From the NCBI GenBank assembly GCA_050309605.1, contig JBNRMN010000096.1, positions 1 through 64,000 on the forward strand: DNA of 64,000 nt. The letters are read 5' to 3'. Position 1 is the stretch's first letter. Each line of letters starts with the position of its first letter. A program made the position numbers and the translations under genes. This stretch comes from Anaerohalosphaeraceae bacterium (GTDB lineage Bacteria; Planctomycetota; Phycisphaerae; Sedimentisphaerales; Anaerohalosphaeraceae). The notes beneath the pieces are model-generated. The model did not search any database. It was not told where the DNA came from and saw only the letters and a program-made list of their open reading frames with translations. This document shows, piece after piece, positions 8,330-17,824 of the stretch.

Positions 8330-11287
8330 ATGACATTTCGACATTCCATTTTATGGACACGATGGGTAATTGTACTGGCTGTGTTGTGGCCGGGATGCCT
8401 GCACGCCCGGACAAGACAGGTTTACAGTATGAATCCCGATTGGCATCTTCTGGTCGGCGATGTAAAAGAAGCACATTTGCCTGACTTCGATGATGCGCAG
8501 TGGAAACGCATCAGTTTGCCGTATGCCTGGAATGAAGACGATGCATTTCGTCTGGACATTCGCGATTTGCCGACCGGGATCGCATGGTACCGAAAAACAT
8601 TTACGCTGCCTGAGGGAAGCGAAGACAAGAAGGTGTTTCTTGAGTTTGAGGGCGTGCGCCAGGCGGCTGAAGTGTTTCTGAACGGTCAATTCATCGGTCG
8701 GCATGAGAACGGCGTGATGGCCTTTGGCTTTGATGTGACACAACTGGTCAAGCCCGCCCCGGTCGAGAATGTGCTGGCCGTCAGAACCGATAATGACTGG
8801 AGTTACCGCGAGAAGGCAACCGGTCAGCGGTATCAGTGGGTGGACCGCAATTTCAACGTCAATTACGGCGGAATCACCAAAAACGTCAAGCTTCATCTCA
8901 CCGACAAACTGTATCAGACGCTGCCGCTGTTCTCGTGGCTGGGAACGACGGGCGTGTATGTGTATGCCGACGACATCGATGTGGAGGGGCGAACCGCACG
9001 CATCACCGCCGAGGCGCAGGTACGCAATGAACATGCCGCGGCCAAAACCGTTCTGTTCGAGGTCGAAGTGCGGGATAACACCGGCCAAACGGTTGCGACT
9101 TTTGCAGGCAATCGTCGGGCCATTGCACCCGGAGCAACTCTTACCGTCAGTGCCTCGGACACACTGGACAACCTGAATTTCTGGAGCTGGGGCTATGGGT
9201 ATCTGTATGAGGTCATCACCCGTCTGAAGGTGGACGGCCAACCCATTGATGAAGTCCGCACGCGCACCGGATTTCGCAAGACCGCCTTTGAAAACGGGAT
9301 GGTTTATCTCAATGATCGCGTCTTGCAAATCAAAGGCTATGCCCAGCGCACCACCAACGAATGGCCCGCCGTCGGCGGCAGCGTCCCGGCCTGGCTCAGT
9401 GATTACAGCAACGATCTGATGGTCAAAAGCGGCGCCAACACGGTGCGCTGGATGCACATCACGCCATCCAAACAGGACGTCCAGTCGTGCGATCGGGTCG
9501 GATTGATTCAATTGATGCCGGCCGGCGACGCCGAGCACGACGTGTCCGGACGCCGCTGGGAACAGCGGATCGAACTGATGCGCGACGCGATCATCTACAA
9601 CCGCAACAATCCAAGCATCTTGTTTTATGAGGCAGGCAATACGACGATCAGTGAAGCCCATATGGCCGAGATGGTTGCGCTGCGCGACCAATACGATCCG
9701 CACGGCGGACGGGCGATGGGAAGCCGGGGAATGCTGGGCAGTGAAACCGCCGAGTGGGGCGGCGATATGCTCTACGTCAACAAAAGCGGCGGCAAACCCT
9801 TATTCGCGACCGAATACAACCGCAACGAAAATCTCCGCCGCTATTGGGATGACGATTCGCCGCCGTATCACAAAGACGGCAGTGGTGCAGGTCAGGGCGC
9901 CGCGTACAATATGAATCAGGATTCGTTCGCCGTTGAAAATGTGATCCGGTGGGTTGACTATTGGCGCGAACGACCGGGGACCGGCCGACGGGTCAGCGCC
10001 GGCGGACTGAATATCATCTTTTCCGACACTAACACACACCATCGCGGCGAAGAAAACTACCGGCGCAGCGGTGTCGTGGACCCCATACGGATTCCCAAAG
10101 ACGCCTTTTATGCCCATCAGGTTATGTGGGACGGCTGGATCGGCCATGAATGGCCTCGTGCGGTGATCCTGGGACACTGGAATTACAGGCCCGGCACAAT
10201 CAGAGACATTACGGTGGTTTCCAGTGCCAAGGAAGTGGAGTTGTTTCTGAACGGCAAGTCGCTGGGGCGCGGCAGCCAATCCCATCGCTACCTGTTCACG
10301 TTTAAGGATGTCGCCTGGCAGCCGGGCACGCTGCGGGCGGTCGGCTATGACGCCGACGGCAAACCGGCCTGCCAGGCTCAACACGAGACGACCGGTGATG
10401 CCGTTGCCCTGAAACTGACGCCGCTGATGTCGCCGACCGGCTGGAAGGCCGACGGATACGATCTGGTGCTGGTGCAGGTCGAGATGACAGACGAGCAGGG
10501 GCGACGCCATCCGATTGCCTTCAATGAGGTCGAATTTGAACTGGACGGCCCGGCCGTTTGGCGCGGCGGCATTGCCAAAGGCCCCGACAATTACATCCTG
10601 TCAAAGACGCTGCCGGTGGAGTTGGGCGTCAACCGCGTCCTGATCCGTTCGACGCTGGAGCCGGGTGCCGTGCGGCTGACCGCCCGAAGCGAAGGCTTGA
10701 AATCAGCCGTGATCGAATTGCAGACTCAGCCCATCATACGGGTCGGCGGGTTAAGTCCCCAGGTGCCCGGTGATGACCTGCCCGCCCGTCTGGACCGCGG
10801 GCCGACTCCCGCAGAATCGACGCTGCACATCGTCCGTCGTTCGCTTCCGATTGCCGAGGCGGTTGCCGGCTCCAATCAGGATCAGGCGTCCTTTGCGATA
10901 GATGACAACGAAGCAACCGGCTGGCGCAGTCGCGGCGATGTACAGGATGGCTGGATTCGCTTTGACTTGGCCGAGCCGCAGTCGATTCACCAGGTCGCAA
11001 TGAAGGTCGGCAGGCATCGGACGACCAGCTACCCGATTCGCATCGCCGTTGACGGCCGCGAGGTCTGGAGCGGATCGGTCGGACGCACGCTGACCTACGA
11101 TACCGTCGATTTTGAGCCGACCGAAGGCCGCAGCGTGATGATTATGCTGGCCGGCGTTACGCACGTTGAAGACGCTTTCGGCGAAATCGTCGAAGTAACC
11201 GGCCTGCGCGACCAAGCCGACGGACGAGGCGGCCAGGGCCGACTGGAGCTGATCGAAGTGGATATCTATGGACCCGTGCACGATTAA
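8330..11287 (+). CDS. Secreted glycoside hydrolase family 2 (beta-galactosidase-like, DUF4982, C-terminal F5/8-type domain)
   Basis: Signal peptide from MTFRHS. GH2 motifs WYRKTF, FLEFEGVRQAAEVFLNG, TGFRK, RNNPSILFYEAGN and VELFLNGKSLG. Confidence 0.88.
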   Translation: MTFRHSILWTRWVIVLAVLWPGCLHARTRQVYSMNPDWHLLVGDVKEAHLPDFDDAQWKRISLPYAWNEDDAFRLDIRDLPTGIAWYRKTFTLPEGSEDKKVFLEFEGVRQAAEVFLNGQFIGRHENGVMAFGFDVTQLVKPAPVENVLAVRTDNDWSYREKATGQRYQWVDRNFNVNYGGITKNVKLHLTDKLYQTLPLFSWLGTTGVYVYADDIDVEGRTARITAEAQVRNEHAAAKTVLFEVEVRDNTGQTVATFAGNRRAIAPGATLTVSASDTLDNLNFWSWGYGYLYEVITRLKVDGQPIDEVRTRTGFRKTAFENGMVYLNDRVLQIKGYAQRTTNEWPAVGGSVPAWLSDYSNDLMVKSGANTVRWMHITPSKQDVQSCDRVGLIQLMPAGDAEHDVSGRRWEQRIELMRDAIIYNRNNPSILFYEAGNTTISEAHMAEMVALRDQYDPHGGRAMGSRGMLGSETAEWGGDMLYVNKSGGKPLFATEYNRNENLRRYWDDDSPPYHKDGSGAGQGAAYNMNQDSFAVENVIRWVDYWRERPGTGRRVSAGGLNIIFSDTNTHHRGEENYRRSGVVDPIRIPKDAFYAHQVMWDGWIGHEWPRAVILGHWNYRPGTIRDITVVSSAKEVELFLNGKSLGRGSQSHRYLFTFKDVAWQPGTLRAVGYDADGKPACQAQHETTGDAVALKLTPLMSPTGWKADGYDLVLVQVEMTDEQGRRHPIAFNEVEFELDGPAVWRGGIAKGPDNYILSKTLPVELGVNRVLIRSTLEPGAVRLTARSEGLKSAVIELQTQPIIRVGGLSPQVPGDDLPARLDRGPTPAESTLHIVRRSLPIAEAVAGSNQDQASFAIDDNEATGWRSRGDVQDGWIRFDLAEPQSIHQVAMKVGRHRTTSYPIRIAVDGREVWSGSVGRTLTYDTVDFEPTEGRSVMIMLAGVTHVEDAFGEIVEVTGLRDQADGRGGQGRLELIEVDIYGPVHD

Positions 11288-11298
11288 ATGTATTTACA

Positions 11299-11379
11299 AT
11301 GATCACGGAACCGGCAACCCTGGCGCTGCTCGGCCTGGGGAGCCTGGCGATCTTCCGCAGAAAACGCGGATCGCTTTAA
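11299..11379 (+). pseudogene. Orphan PEP-CTERM sorting-signal mini-ORF (26 aa), probable gene remnant
   Basis: Translates to MITEPATLALLGLGSLAIFRRKRGSL*: EP motif, hydrophobic helix and basic tail. Too short for the ORF track. Confidence 0.65.
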
Positions 11380-11457
11380 CAGCGGGCAGTGTCGATGTAC
11401 CTGCAATGGGCTTGCAGGCGTCAGACAGGGATGATTGAACCAGTGACAATGTCAAGA

Positions 11458-11493
11458 GAGTGGGCAATAGGTTTATTGCCCGCTCATTTTTTT
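11458..11493 (+). terminator. Rho-independent terminator of the pectin locus
   Basis: GAGTGGGCAATA-GGTT-TATTGCCCGCTC followed by ATTTTTTT. Confidence 0.8.
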
Positions 11494-11819
11494 GTCCACC
11501 TGATAGTCGGGCAGGGTGGGCCATGCCCCCTCATATAGCCCTTACAGAATGATCCGCCCCCCCGTTACGCCCCCGTCTCAGCGACGCATACGCACGATTC
11601 AGTCCTTTTTTCAGCTTATCGAGGTTATCGGTCGTAGAACCTGATGGGAAAGCCTGTAGTTTCAGGAAAATGCGTTTTTCTCATCCAATCGTTATAGTCG
11701 TTCCGTTTTAAGACGATAAACAGCCTGGAAAATGGAGAAACGTCGGGTAAGGAAAAAGCCCTGTAGAGCGTGATGCACCCTGAGACACATTCGGCGTTAT
11801 GGCCGCCAAAGGGAAACTT

Positions 11820-12398
11820 ATGATAAAGCGTAAAGATGTATTGACAACCGGTCAGGTTGCCCAGATCTGCCATGTTGCGCCCCGCACCGTGACCAAATGG
11901 TTTGATTCAGGGCAACTCAAAGGCTACCGGATCCCCGGCTCGCGGGATCGCCGTATCCCCGCCGGCGAACTGATTCGGTTTATGAAAGCCCATAATATGC
12001 CGACCGATGAGCTGGAAAAAGGGCGTATCCGGATACTTTTAATCGATAGTCGAGTTGAAGTCGCTCGGCAGCTTGCCCGGGATTTGCAAACCAAAGGCAG
12101 TTTCTCCGTCGACATTGCCCAAAACAGCTTTGACGCCGGCCTGATGGCCCAGAAAATGCGCCCGAACATCATCCTGGTGGAGTTGATGAATCCGGATATT
12201 GACGCTCATGAATTGTGCAGTTATGTCCGCGACAATGATGAGCTGAAAGACTGCTGTGTAATCGCCCTGGCGGGGGGATTGTCCTCAACAGAGGTCGAGG
12301 CCCTCTTGAAGCAAGGCTTCGGCGGCGTGGTCACCGAGCCGGGCAACATCAACAAGATTCTGGCGTGTATTCAGGAAAAATGCTCCGTCTTTTATTGA
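11820..12398 (+). CDS. Excisionase-type HTH (HTH_17) fused to an atypical receiver domain
   Basis: LTTGQVAQICHVAPRTVTKWFDSGQLKGYRIPG HTH, followed by a CheY-like fold with degenerate phospho-site residues. Confidence 0.85.
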   Translation: MIKRKDVLTTGQVAQICHVAPRTVTKWFDSGQLKGYRIPGSRDRRIPAGELIRFMKAHNMPTDELEKGRIRILLIDSRVEVARQLARDLQTKGSFSVDIAQNSFDAGLMAQKMRPNIILVELMNPDIDAHELCSYVRDNDELKDCCVIALAGGLSSTEVEALLKQGFGGVVTEPGNINKILACIQEKCSVFY

Positions 12399-12498
12399 AA
12401 AACACACACCCCCCACCCCTGTCCAATCGGGAATAATCTACGTTTGCCGCATCTCAGGCGAATCCAGCAGCCTGCTTCGGCCTTCGGCTCTGAAATAC

Positions 12499-12569
12499 AG
12501 CGGGCGATCGGAATCGAACCGACATGGCCAGCTTGGAAGGCTGGAGCTTTACCATTAAGCTACGCCCGC
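12499..12569 (-). tRNA. tRNA-Gly(TCC)
   Basis: Reverse complement is GCGGGCGTAGCTTAATGGTAAAGCTCCAGCCTTCCAAGCTGGCCATGTCGGTTCGATTCCGATCGCCCGCT. Anticodon loop CTTCCAA; CCA not encoded. Confidence 0.96.
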
Positions 12570-12584
12570 ATTCGCAAAAACATC

Positions 12585-12613
12585 ATTATAGGGCATCGGT
12601 CAAGCCGTGGCAA
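12585..12613 (-). promoter_or_regulatory. Sigma70-type promoter of tRNA-Gly
   Basis: Minus strand TTGCCA-N17-TATAAT just upstream of the tRNA. Confidence 0.7.
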
Positions 12614-12711
12614 GCCCTTTATTCCAAAGTTTTTACTGGCTTGATAACTCGGTTGACGATACACTCAATTATTTGGAAACATCCGAAGAATCGATTCAGA
12701 GGAGTGCGACG

Positions 12712-14010
12712 ATGACAATTGAGCAAACAGCCCGACAGGCACGCCGAGCATCCCGACAGCTTGCCGCTTGTCCTTCCGAGCGGAAAAACGCCGCTTTGAA
12801 GGCCGTCCGAGACGCCTTGCGGTCGCAGTCGGAGACCATTGTCCGGGCCAACCGGGCGGACATCGAACAGGCCGAGCAGGGCAACCTGTCCAAACCCTTG
12901 CTCAAACGCCTGAAATTTGACGAAGACAAAATCAGCGAGGCCTGTGCGGGGCTGGACAGCCTGATCGCCCTGGACGACCCCGTCGGAAAGACCCTGGCCG
13001 CAACGGAACTGGACGAAGCTCTGGAGCTGTACAAGGTTACCTGTCCGATTGGCGTCATCGGCGTGATTTTTGAGTCCCGACCGGACGCCCTTGTGCAGAT
13101 TTCCTCGCTCTGCCTTAAAAGCGGCAATGCGGTTCTGCTCAAGGGCGGTTCCGAGGCGGCCCGGACCAACCGCATTCTGGCCGAAACGATTGCCCGGGCA
13201 AGCCTTTCGGCGGGAGTGCCCGACGGCTGGCTGGGACTGCTCGAAACGCGGGCCGATGTAGCCGCGATGTTGGCGCTGGATGATGATATTGATCTGATCA
13301 TTCCCCGCGGAAGCAACGAGTTTGTCCGGCATATTATGGACAACACCCGCATCCCCGTGATGGGGCATGCCGACGGCATCTGCCATGTCTATGTCGATGC
13401 GGCTGCGGATATCCCGATGGCCGTCAAGCTGACGGTCGATTCCAAGTGTCAGTATGTCGCGGTCTGCAACGCCGCCGAGACGCTGCTGGTGCATCAGGCG
13501 GTTGCGGCCGAATTTCTCCCGAAGCTCAAGGCGGAACTGGATGCCAACGGCGTCGAACTGCGCGGCTGCGGCAGGACCCGGCAGGTCATCGACTGTGCTG
13601 CTGCCGACGAACAGGACTGGAAGACCGAATACCTCGACGCGGTTCTGTCGATTCGCGTGGTGGATTCACTCGAAGAGGCCATCGAACACATCAACACCTA
13701 CGGCTCCGGCCATACCGACGCCATCGTGACCGCTGACCGCAACGCCGCGATGCAGTTTATGGATCGTGTCGATTCAGCGGACGTATTCTGGAACGCGAGC
13801 ACGCGGTTTGCCGACGGCTACCGCTACGGCCTCGGCGCCGAAGTCGGCATCAGCACCGGCAAACTCCACGCCCGCGGCCCGGTTGGGATGGAAGGCCTGC
13901 TCATCTACAAGTGGCGGCTTCTCGGCAACGGCCACATCGTCGCCGATTATGCCGGCGCCGGCGCCAAGCCCTTTACACACAAAACAGTGAACAAGCCGTG
14001 GAGTCGCTGA
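12712..14010 (+). CDS. proA: Gamma-glutamyl phosphate reductase
   Basis: PIGVIGVIFESRP, LKGGSEA, IPRGS, VCNAAETLL, NASTRFADG and GISTGKLHARGP. Confidence 0.97.
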   Translation: MTIEQTARQARRASRQLAACPSERKNAALKAVRDALRSQSETIVRANRADIEQAEQGNLSKPLLKRLKFDEDKISEACAGLDSLIALDDPVGKTLAATELDEALELYKVTCPIGVIGVIFESRPDALVQISSLCLKSGNAVLLKGGSEAARTNRILAETIARASLSAGVPDGWLGLLETRADVAAMLALDDDIDLIIPRGSNEFVRHIMDNTRIPVMGHADGICHVYVDAAADIPMAVKLTVDSKCQYVAVCNAAETLLVHQAVAAEFLPKLKAELDANGVELRGCGRTRQVIDCAAADEQDWKTEYLDAVLSIRVVDSLEEAIEHINTYGSGHTDAIVTADRNAAMQFMDRVDSADVFWNASTRFADGYRYGLGAEVGISTGKLHARGPVGMEGLLIYKWRLLGNGHIVADYAGAGAKPFTHKTVNKPWSR

Positions 14011-14013
14011 GCG

Positions 14014-15114
14014 ATGCGAAATTTCTCACAATCCAGCCGCGTCGTCGTCAAGATCGGCACCTCGACGCTGAGTACGCCCGACGGCATTAACACCGCGTAT
14101 TTTACGGCCCTGGCCGAACAGGTCGCCGCCCTGAAGGCCGCCGGCCGACAGGTCATCATCGTCACCAGCGGCGCCATCGGGATGGGCGCCAAACGCCTCA
14201 AACTCAACGGCCCGGTGGTGGATTTGAAATTGCGGCAGGCCTGCGCCGCCATCGGCCAGCCGCTGCTGATGCATGAATATCACAAGGCCTTTGCCGAACA
14301 CGACATCATTGTCTCGCAGGTGCTGCTGACGGCCGAGGTACTCAGCCGCCGAAAGACCTACCTGAATTTACGCAACGCCGTTGAGACGCTGCTGCGGCTC
14401 GGCGTCGTGCCCGTCGTCAATGAAAATGACAGCATCTCCACCGCCGAGATCGGCACGGCCTTCGGCGACAACGACAAACTCAGCGCCCTGGTCGCCAGTA
14501 AGATTGACGCGGATCTTTTGATTATGCTGACCGATATCGACGCCCTGTACGACAAAGACCCCCGTAAAAACCCCGACGCCAAACCCATTGACGTGGTCGA
14601 AGACATCACCACCGACATCGAAAAAGCCGCCGGAAAAAAGGGAAGCCTGTATTCAACAGGGGGGATGAAGAGCAAAATCGCCGCCGCGCGGATCGCCGCC
14701 CTGGCCGGCTGCCGCATAGTCCTGGCCGATGGCCGCGAGCCGAATATTATCCGGCGCATCCTCGACGGCGAACCGCTCGGCACACTGTTTATGCCCAAAG
14801 GCAAGCTGGCCAACCGCACCCGCTGGATCCTCAACTGTGAGCCGGAAGGTGTCGTGCGCGTCGATGCCGGCGCGATGGCCGCCCTGCGCCGACGCAAGAG
14901 TTTGCTGCCCAGCGGCGTTGTCGGCGTGGAAGGACACTTCGAGGCCGGCGCGGTGGTGATGATCAACGCTGCTGCCAAGGCCCTGACCAGCCTCAGCGCC
15001 GATGAATTACGCGCCCTGGCCGGAAAACACAGCGCCGAAATCCGCGACCGTCTCGGCAAAGACCGACGCGATGTCGTCGCCGTGCCCGAAGACATCGTCT
15101 TTCTCGACCCGTAA
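14014..15114 (+). CDS. proB: Glutamate 5-kinase with PUA domain
   Basis: VVVKIGTS, VTSGAI, VNEND, FGDNDKLSA and TGGMKSKI. Adjacent to proA. Confidence 0.97.
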   Translation: MRNFSQSSRVVVKIGTSTLSTPDGINTAYFTALAEQVAALKAAGRQVIIVTSGAIGMGAKRLKLNGPVVDLKLRQACAAIGQPLLMHEYHKAFAEHDIIVSQVLLTAEVLSRRKTYLNLRNAVETLLRLGVVPVVNENDSISTAEIGTAFGDNDKLSALVASKIDADLLIMLTDIDALYDKDPRKNPDAKPIDVVEDITTDIEKAAGKKGSLYSTGGMKSKIAAARIAALAGCRIVLADGREPNIIRRILDGEPLGTLFMPKGKLANRTRWILNCEPEGVVRVDAGAMAALRRRKSLLPSGVVGVEGHFEAGAVVMINAAAKALTSLSADELRALAGKHSAEIRDRLGKDRRDVVAVPEDIVFLDP

Positions 15115-15115
15115 A

Positions 15116-15218
15116 GCCGGATACCACCAACACACCCACAATAGCCGAGCGGCGCAAGCCGCCGGATACCGCCAACACATCCACAACAGCCGAACGGCGC
15201 AAGCCGCCGGATACCACC
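15116..15218 (+). repeat. 45-bp tandem repeat (2.3 copies) carrying REP-like hairpin type A
   Basis: Units at 15116 and 15161 match at 41/45 positions, with a partial unit at 15206. Core is ACAAYAGCCGA-RCGGC-GCAA-GCCGC-CGGAT. Confidence 0.85.
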
Positions 15219-15292
15219 GCGAAATCCTGTACCATCCGATTGCGCCGCATATAGACCGAATGAGGCCGCCTCGCCCGCCTTGTGAAAATCTG

Positions 15293-16822
15293 TTACGTCA
15301 ACGTACCGGGGTCATTCGACGCAACGGCAAGCTCGTTGATTTGAGGGCGTAAATTTTTTAGCATCTTGCGAAAATGGTAGCCATAGATCGAAAAACGCAC
15401 CGCCTGCGGAAGACGCCGGGGTTTTTTCAAAGTCCAGAGTATCAGCAGCCAATAATGCAGTTTTCCCTTCTCGATGATTCCGATTTGCCACATCGATTTG
15501 ACAAACGCCTTGATGCCCGAAAAGCGTATTTTCAGCCGTAATGTGTTGCTGAGATTATAGTTTTCCAGAAATATTTTGATGCGTTTGCAGTAGTATTTCT
15601 GGGAGTAGATCGTGTCAAGCACCTTGTGATATCCCTCCAGCAGTTCGTGTACATCCATCCGGGGAACAAAATTCATCGTGCAGTCCATATTGTCCCCGCT
15701 GGGCGGTTGGGTCAATCGGTTTTCGTGCATCAGCTTTTTGTACAGCTTGGTTCCGCGCGGTGCGTTGAGCAATCCCACCATCGCTATCACAATGCCGCTG
15801 TTCTGAATCAGATCGATCATTCTGTCAAACACCGTCGGCCGGTCGCTGTCAAAACCGACAATAAAGCCGCCCTGAACCTGCAGCCCGAAGCGCTGCATTG
15901 TTTTGATTGCACTCACCATATCGCGTCCGGTGTTCTGCGTTTTATTGCACTCGGTCAAACAGATCTCATCCGGCGACTCAACACCGACAAACACGCAGTC
16001 AAACCCCGCGCGTACCATCAGCGTCATCAGTTCCTCATCATCAGCCAGATCGATAGACGCCTGGGTATTGAAATAGAACGGGCGGTTTCGGTGTTCCATC
16101 CATTCAATCATCGCCGGCAGCAGCTCCGTTTTTAAGGCGTGTTTCTTGCCGATAAAATTGTCATCCACAAAAAACACCTCGCCGCGCCACCCGACGGCAT
16201 AAAGCCTGTCCAGCTCCGCCAGTATCTGCTCGGTTGTCTTGGTGCGCAGCCGGTGTCCGAACAGCCGTGTGACATCGCAGAAATCACAGTCAAACGGACA
16301 CCCCCGCGAGTACTGAATCCCCATCATCGCGTATTGCTTCATCGGAATCAAATCCCATCGCGGAATCGGCGTTGCCCCCAAATCGGGTTTTTCACGACTG
16401 GTGTAATAGCGTTGAGGATGTCCCTGTTCCAGGTCCTTCAAAAATTTCGGCAGGGTGATTTCAGCCTCCTGAAGCACCAGATGCCCGATGTCCTCATACG
16501 GCTCCGGAAACGCCGTAAACAGTGGACCGCCCGCGACAATGGGTACATTCAGACGTTTGCAGCGTTCGATAATCTGATCAACGGAAGGTTTCTGAACGGC
16601 CATACCACTCAAAAAAACCAGATCCGCCCACGTCAAATCGTCGTCCCGCAGACGGGTTACATTCATATCGATCAGTTTAAGCTCCCAGTTTTCCGGCAGC
16701 ATCGCCGCCACCGTCAGCAGCCCGATCGGGGGCAGCAGCGCCTTTTTCGACACGAATTTCAGCGCGTATTTCAGACTCCAGAACGTATTGGGTACGTCCG
16801 GATTGATTAGCAGTACCTTCAT
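15293..16822 (-). CDS. B12-binding radical SAM protein (DUF4070-containing family)
   Basis: N-terminal B12 domain (PPIGLLTVAAMLP, VAGGP), CxxxCxxC motif RGCPFDCDFC, then FFVDDNFIG and GFIVGFDSD. Confidence 0.9.
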   Translation of the reverse strand: MKVLLINPDVPNTFWSLKYALKFVSKKALLPPIGLLTVAAMLPENWELKLIDMNVTRLRDDDLTWADLVFLSGMAVQKPSVDQIIERCKRLNVPIVAGGPLFTAFPEPYEDIGHLVLQEAEITLPKFLKDLEQGHPQRYYTSREKPDLGATPIPRWDLIPMKQYAMMGIQYSRGCPFDCDFCDVTRLFGHRLRTKTTEQILAELDRLYAVGWRGEVFFVDDNFIGKKHALKTELLPAMIEWMEHRNRPFYFNTQASIDLADDEELMTLMVRAGFDCVFVGVESPDEICLTECNKTQNTGRDMVSAIKTMQRFGLQVQGGFIVGFDSDRPTVFDRMIDLIQNSGIVIAMVGLLNAPRGTKLYKKLMHENRLTQPPSGDNMDCTMNFVPRMDVHELLEGYHKVLDTIYSQKYYCKRIKIFLENYNLSNTLRLKIRFSGIKAFVKSMWQIGIIEKGKLHYWLLILWTLKKPRRLPQAVRFSIYGYHFRKMLKNLRPQINELAVASNDPGTLT

Positions 16823-16891
16823 TAGGCTTCCTTTCAGCCGTCGCAAATGAGACGGCGATAAATAATCGATTGGCCCGCGCAAACGCAGTAC

Positions 16892-17047
16892 TCAGATATG
16901 TCGATACGGCTTGTTTTTGCCTTCCACCGAAATCTTCTCCAGGTGAATATGGCAATAGTCCTGATGATTATAGATGCTTAATAACCGTCGGCAATGGGGA
17001 TACTTACATCGTCTGCCCTCGGCGGACGTTTTGACTGTTTTTGACAT
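16892..17047 (-). CDS. Small Cys/His-rich protein (51 aa), probable zinc-binding
   Basis: MSKTVKTSAEGRRCKYPHCRRLLSIYNHQDYCHIH... with AAAGGA RBS. A TTGCAG-N17-TATATA promoter-like sequence lies at 17129-17157 (minus). Confidence 0.65.
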   Translation of the reverse strand: MSKTVKTSAEGRRCKYPHCRRLLSIYNHQDYCHIHLEKISVEGKNKPYRHI

Positions 17048-17201
17048 AACTGTCCTTTCATCGTGGTATTCGCCCCGGTCCGCAAAGAGCAATGTTGCAT
17101 TTTTCAGACCGAAAACCATCAATATTACTATATAACAGGTATCATCCCGTCCTGCAAGCTTTTTCCGGACGTAAATTTCTTTCGGCGAGGGATAAATAGA
17201 C

Positions 17202-17230
17202 TTGACGAGGCGGCGGTTTTGAGGTATTCT
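17202..17230 (+). promoter_or_regulatory. Sigma70-type promoter of tRNA-Leu
   Basis: TTGACG-N17-TATTCT, 14 nt before the tRNA. Confidence 0.7.
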
Positions 17231-17244
17231 GCCGCTTCTTTAAC

Positions 17245-17328
17245 GCCGGAGTGGCGGAATTGGCAGACGCGCGGGATTCAAAATCCCGTCCTGGCAACAG
17301 GGTGTGGGTTCAAGTCCCACCTCCGGCA
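17245..17328 (+). tRNA. tRNA-Leu(CAA)
   Basis: GCCGGAGTGGCGGAATTGGCAGACGCG-CGGGA-TTCAAAA-TCCCG, long variable arm, GGTTCAAGTCC T-arm. Confidence 0.96.
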
Positions 17329-17455
17329 CTGCATTTCTTGTGGTCCCGAATGCATTCAACCCCCGTTTTACACAGGTTACGCAACAGTATTGTCGTGATT
17401 TGACCGATATAACCGGTGAAAACAATGTCCACTGTAGGTTTCAAGATGAAACGGG

Positions 17456-17815
17456 ATGGATTTGAAAATGCATAAAAAAAGAGCGATTTTACTTTCTATT
17501 GCGAACGTGGCGATTCTGCTGGCACTCTTTGTCGGGCTTATCTCCACCGTCCGAGCCGCTGACCGCAGCCGCGACTATATCGTCGCCGTCGAGCCGCAAA
17601 AAAGCGACACCGTCCGGATGATCGAGGCCTACGAACGACTCAGCAGCCAGTACCTGACCCTCGTCCAGCAGAACCTTGCCCAGATGGCCGCGGCCGACCG
17701 CGATATCCTCAGCAAACTGACCGCCATCGAAAACAAACTCGACGACCTGTCCAAACGCCTGACCCGCCTCGAAGCGTCGGCTTCTGCGCCCCGGAATCCG
17801 CCCCCCACGCCATAA
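17456..17815 (+). CDS. Hypothetical exported or membrane-anchored coiled-coil protein
   Basis: Basic N-terminus plus hydrophobic helix, then heptad-rich LSKLTAIENKLDDLSKRLTRLE. ATG at 17468 is an alternative start. Confidence 0.7.
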   Translation: MDLKMHKKRAILLSIANVAILLALFVGLISTVRAADRSRDYIVAVEPQKSDTVRMIEAYERLSSQYLTLVQQNLAQMAAADRDILSKLTAIENKLDDLSKRLTRLEASASAPRNPPPTP

Positions 17816-17824
17816 CAAAAGGCC

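Noticed and set aside
15116..15218. Mini CRISPR array
   Set aside because: The whole 45-bp unit is repeated, so there are no unique spacers.
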